DNA of 64,000 bases, taken from an uncultured delta proteobacterium. GTDB lineage: Bacteria; Desulfobacterota; Desulfomonilia; Desulfomonilales; Desulfomonilaceae. The notes beneath the pieces were generated by a model. The model ran no database searches and was not told where the DNA came from. It saw only the letters and a program-made list of their open reading frames with translations. The position numbers and the translations under genes were made by a program. Below, in pieces: positions 62,598 to 64,000 of the stretch. Within the stretch, counting starts at the first letter, position 1; the number at the start of each line of letters is the position of its first letter. The stretch lies in the NCBI GenBank assembly GCA_963789265.1, contig CAWBKB010000003.1:896001-960000 (forward strand). The letters run 5' to 3'.

Positions 62598-62665
62598 GTG
62601 GGGCAGGCTTTCCAGCCTGCCATTAGCCAGATTCAGGAATCGGCAGGCTGGAAAGCCTGCCCCAC
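62598..62665. repeat. GTGG-type REP-like inverted pair between the two permease genes
   Basis: GTGGGGCAGGCTTTCCAGCCTGCC-N20-GGCAGGCTGGAAAGCCTGCCCCAC. Confidence 0.8.
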
Positions 62666-62746
62666 AGGTGTCATGGCAGATCCCTCCCGGAACCCGAATG
62701 ATGACCGGATTGCCTGGCCGCCCGTAACAAGGATAAACAAATACTA

Positions 62747-63589
62747 ATGGCTATTCTAGGAGGAGACTTTACTCGGCGACTCGCACGAAACAAGATGGCT
62801 ATGGCCGGGTTGGTTGTAGTTGCCGCTCTCTTTGTGGTGGCCATCTTTGCCAATCAGTTGTCCCCATATCCACCCAACCTCATCGACACCAGGCATGTGC
62901 TTGAGCCGCCCACCTGGGCTCACTTGATGGGAACAGACGTACTGGGCCGCGACGTTCTCTCCAGAATGATTCACGGTGCCGGGGTTTCTCTGAGCGTCGG
63001 ATTCGTGGCAGTTGGCATATCTACTTTAATTGGTGTCCTTCTCGGAGCCATGGCTGGCTATTACGGCGGTATCGTAGAACGCCTGATCATGAGATTTGTG
63101 GATATAATGCTGTGTTTTCCCACATTCTTTCTGATCCTGGCAGTGATCGCGTTCATTGGCTCCAGCATCTGGAATATTATGGTGGTCATTGGCGCCACTT
63201 CGTGGATGGGCGTTACACGCCTCGTTCGGGCCGAGTTTCTCAGCATACGCGAACGCGACTACGTTCAGGCTGCTATCAGCCAGGGGGCCGGGGATCTGCG
63301 TATAATCTTTATTCACATATTACCTAACGCGATGGCGCCCATTCTCGTGGCCGCGACCCTCGGCGTAGCCGCAGCGGTGCTCATAGAATCCAGCCTTTCG
63401 TTTCTGGGGATCGGGGTTCAACCTCCGGATCCTTCATGGGGAAACATGCTCACCGAGGGGAAAGACAACATCGAGATCGCGTGGTGGTTGTCTGTTTTCC
63501 CCGGCCTTGCCATCCTTGTAACGGTGATGGGTTACAATCTGTTGGGTGAAGGGATCCGCGATTCGCTCGACCCACGGCTAAAACAGTAA
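62747..63589 (+). CDS. ABC transporter permease, OppC/DppC-like
   Basis: HLMGTDVLGRDVLSR, HILPNA, LSFLGIG, SWGNML, LDPR. Confidence 0.93.
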   Translation: MAILGGDFTRRLARNKMAMAGLVVVAALFVVAIFANQLSPYPPNLIDTRHVLEPPTWAHLMGTDVLGRDVLSRMIHGAGVSLSVGFVAVGISTLIGVLLGAMAGYYGGIVERLIMRFVDIMLCFPTFFLILAVIAFIGSSIWNIMVVIGATSWMGVTRLVRAEFLSIRERDYVQAAISQGAGDLRIIFIHILPNAMAPILVAATLGVAAAVLIESSLSFLGIGVQPPDPSWGNMLTEGKDNIEIAWWLSVFPGLAILVTVMGYNLLGEGIRDSLDPRLKQ

Positions 63590-63602
63590 GAGGTTTGATT
63601 CC

Positions 63603-64000
63603 ATGACGCTGCGAATTGGATGGTTCTCCACGGGCCGTGACCCCGCGGCGCGGAATCTCCTGGAAACCGTGCACGTGGACCTTTTGGCCAACGGAATCCC
63701 TGCGAAAATTGAGTGGATTTTCTGTCATCGAGAAACGGGAGATGGACCGGCAAACGAGGAGTATCGCCAAAGGGAGCTTTTCTTCGACCTGGCCGCGAGC
63801 CTCAACATCCCTGTAGCAACCCTCTCTCACTTTCGGTTCAAACCGGAAATGAGGAAAAAGGGCATCGAGGAAAGCCGTTCCGCAGCCGAAGCTTCGCCGA
63901 TGCTCCTGGAATGGAGGAACTTATACGGCCAAGAAGTGATTAAGACCATCAATGTGCTTCCGCCGGCGGACCTGGTTGTCATGGCCGGGTATATGCTGAT
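63603..64000 (+). CDS. Formyltransferase, PurN-like, partial at window edge
   Basis: Manual translation: MTLRIGWFSTGRDPAARNLL...IFCHRE...ADLVVMAGYML, the DLxVxAGYM motif of GAR transformylases. Confidence 0.7.
   Translation, partial: MTLRIGWFSTGRDPAARNLLETVHVDLLANGIPAKIEWIFCHRETGDGPANEEYRQRELFFDLAASLNIPVATLSHFRFKPEMRKKGIEESRSAAEASPMLLEWRNLYGQEVIKTINVLPPADLVVMAGYML

Overview
Bacterial chromosomal window. Gene content, sigma-54 regulation and repeat families suggest an anaerobic deltaproteobacterium (Desulfobacterota, Desulfomonile-like); this is inference, not a database result. Left to right: the tail of a Fis-HTH activator plus an archaemetzincin protease; a TPR/GAF sigma-54 activator divergent from a six-gene acyl-CoA catabolic operon (SCP2, CoA ligase, two DUF2148-like Fe-S proteins, acyl-CoA dehydrogenase, thiolase); a sigma-54 unit encoding a non-lipoylatable GcvH-like protein; a complete E. 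coli-type nuoA-N operon with fused nuoCD; metallophosphoesterase, cysteine synthase and a degenerate GGDEF protein; rpmH-rnpA-yidD-yidC-jag-mnmE with no dnaA or mnmG beside it; phosphoketolase; an outer-membrane barrel; a LexA-like repressor with a lytic transglycosylase; radA, a radical SAM protein, dodecin, rluB, a degenerate Zn-dehydrogenase, ftsH, folP, acpS, an RlmI-like methyltransferase, serS, a peptide ABC transporter and the start of a PurN-like formyltransferase. Ten single-base indels break conserved genes and are probably sequencing errors. Intergenic regions are mosaics of REP-like palindromes and ~173-bp MITEs inserted into those palindromes. Top leads: (1) NuoF has CGEGSAL and KVPRP instead of CGEETAL and KPPFP, suggesting a natural NADPH-preferring complex I; (2) the acyl-CoA operon built around a DUF2148 pair; (3) the non-lipoylated GcvH-like/Cys-rich module; (4) REP-targeting MITEs. 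No tRNA, rRNA, CRISPR array, transposase or prophage genes were recognised.
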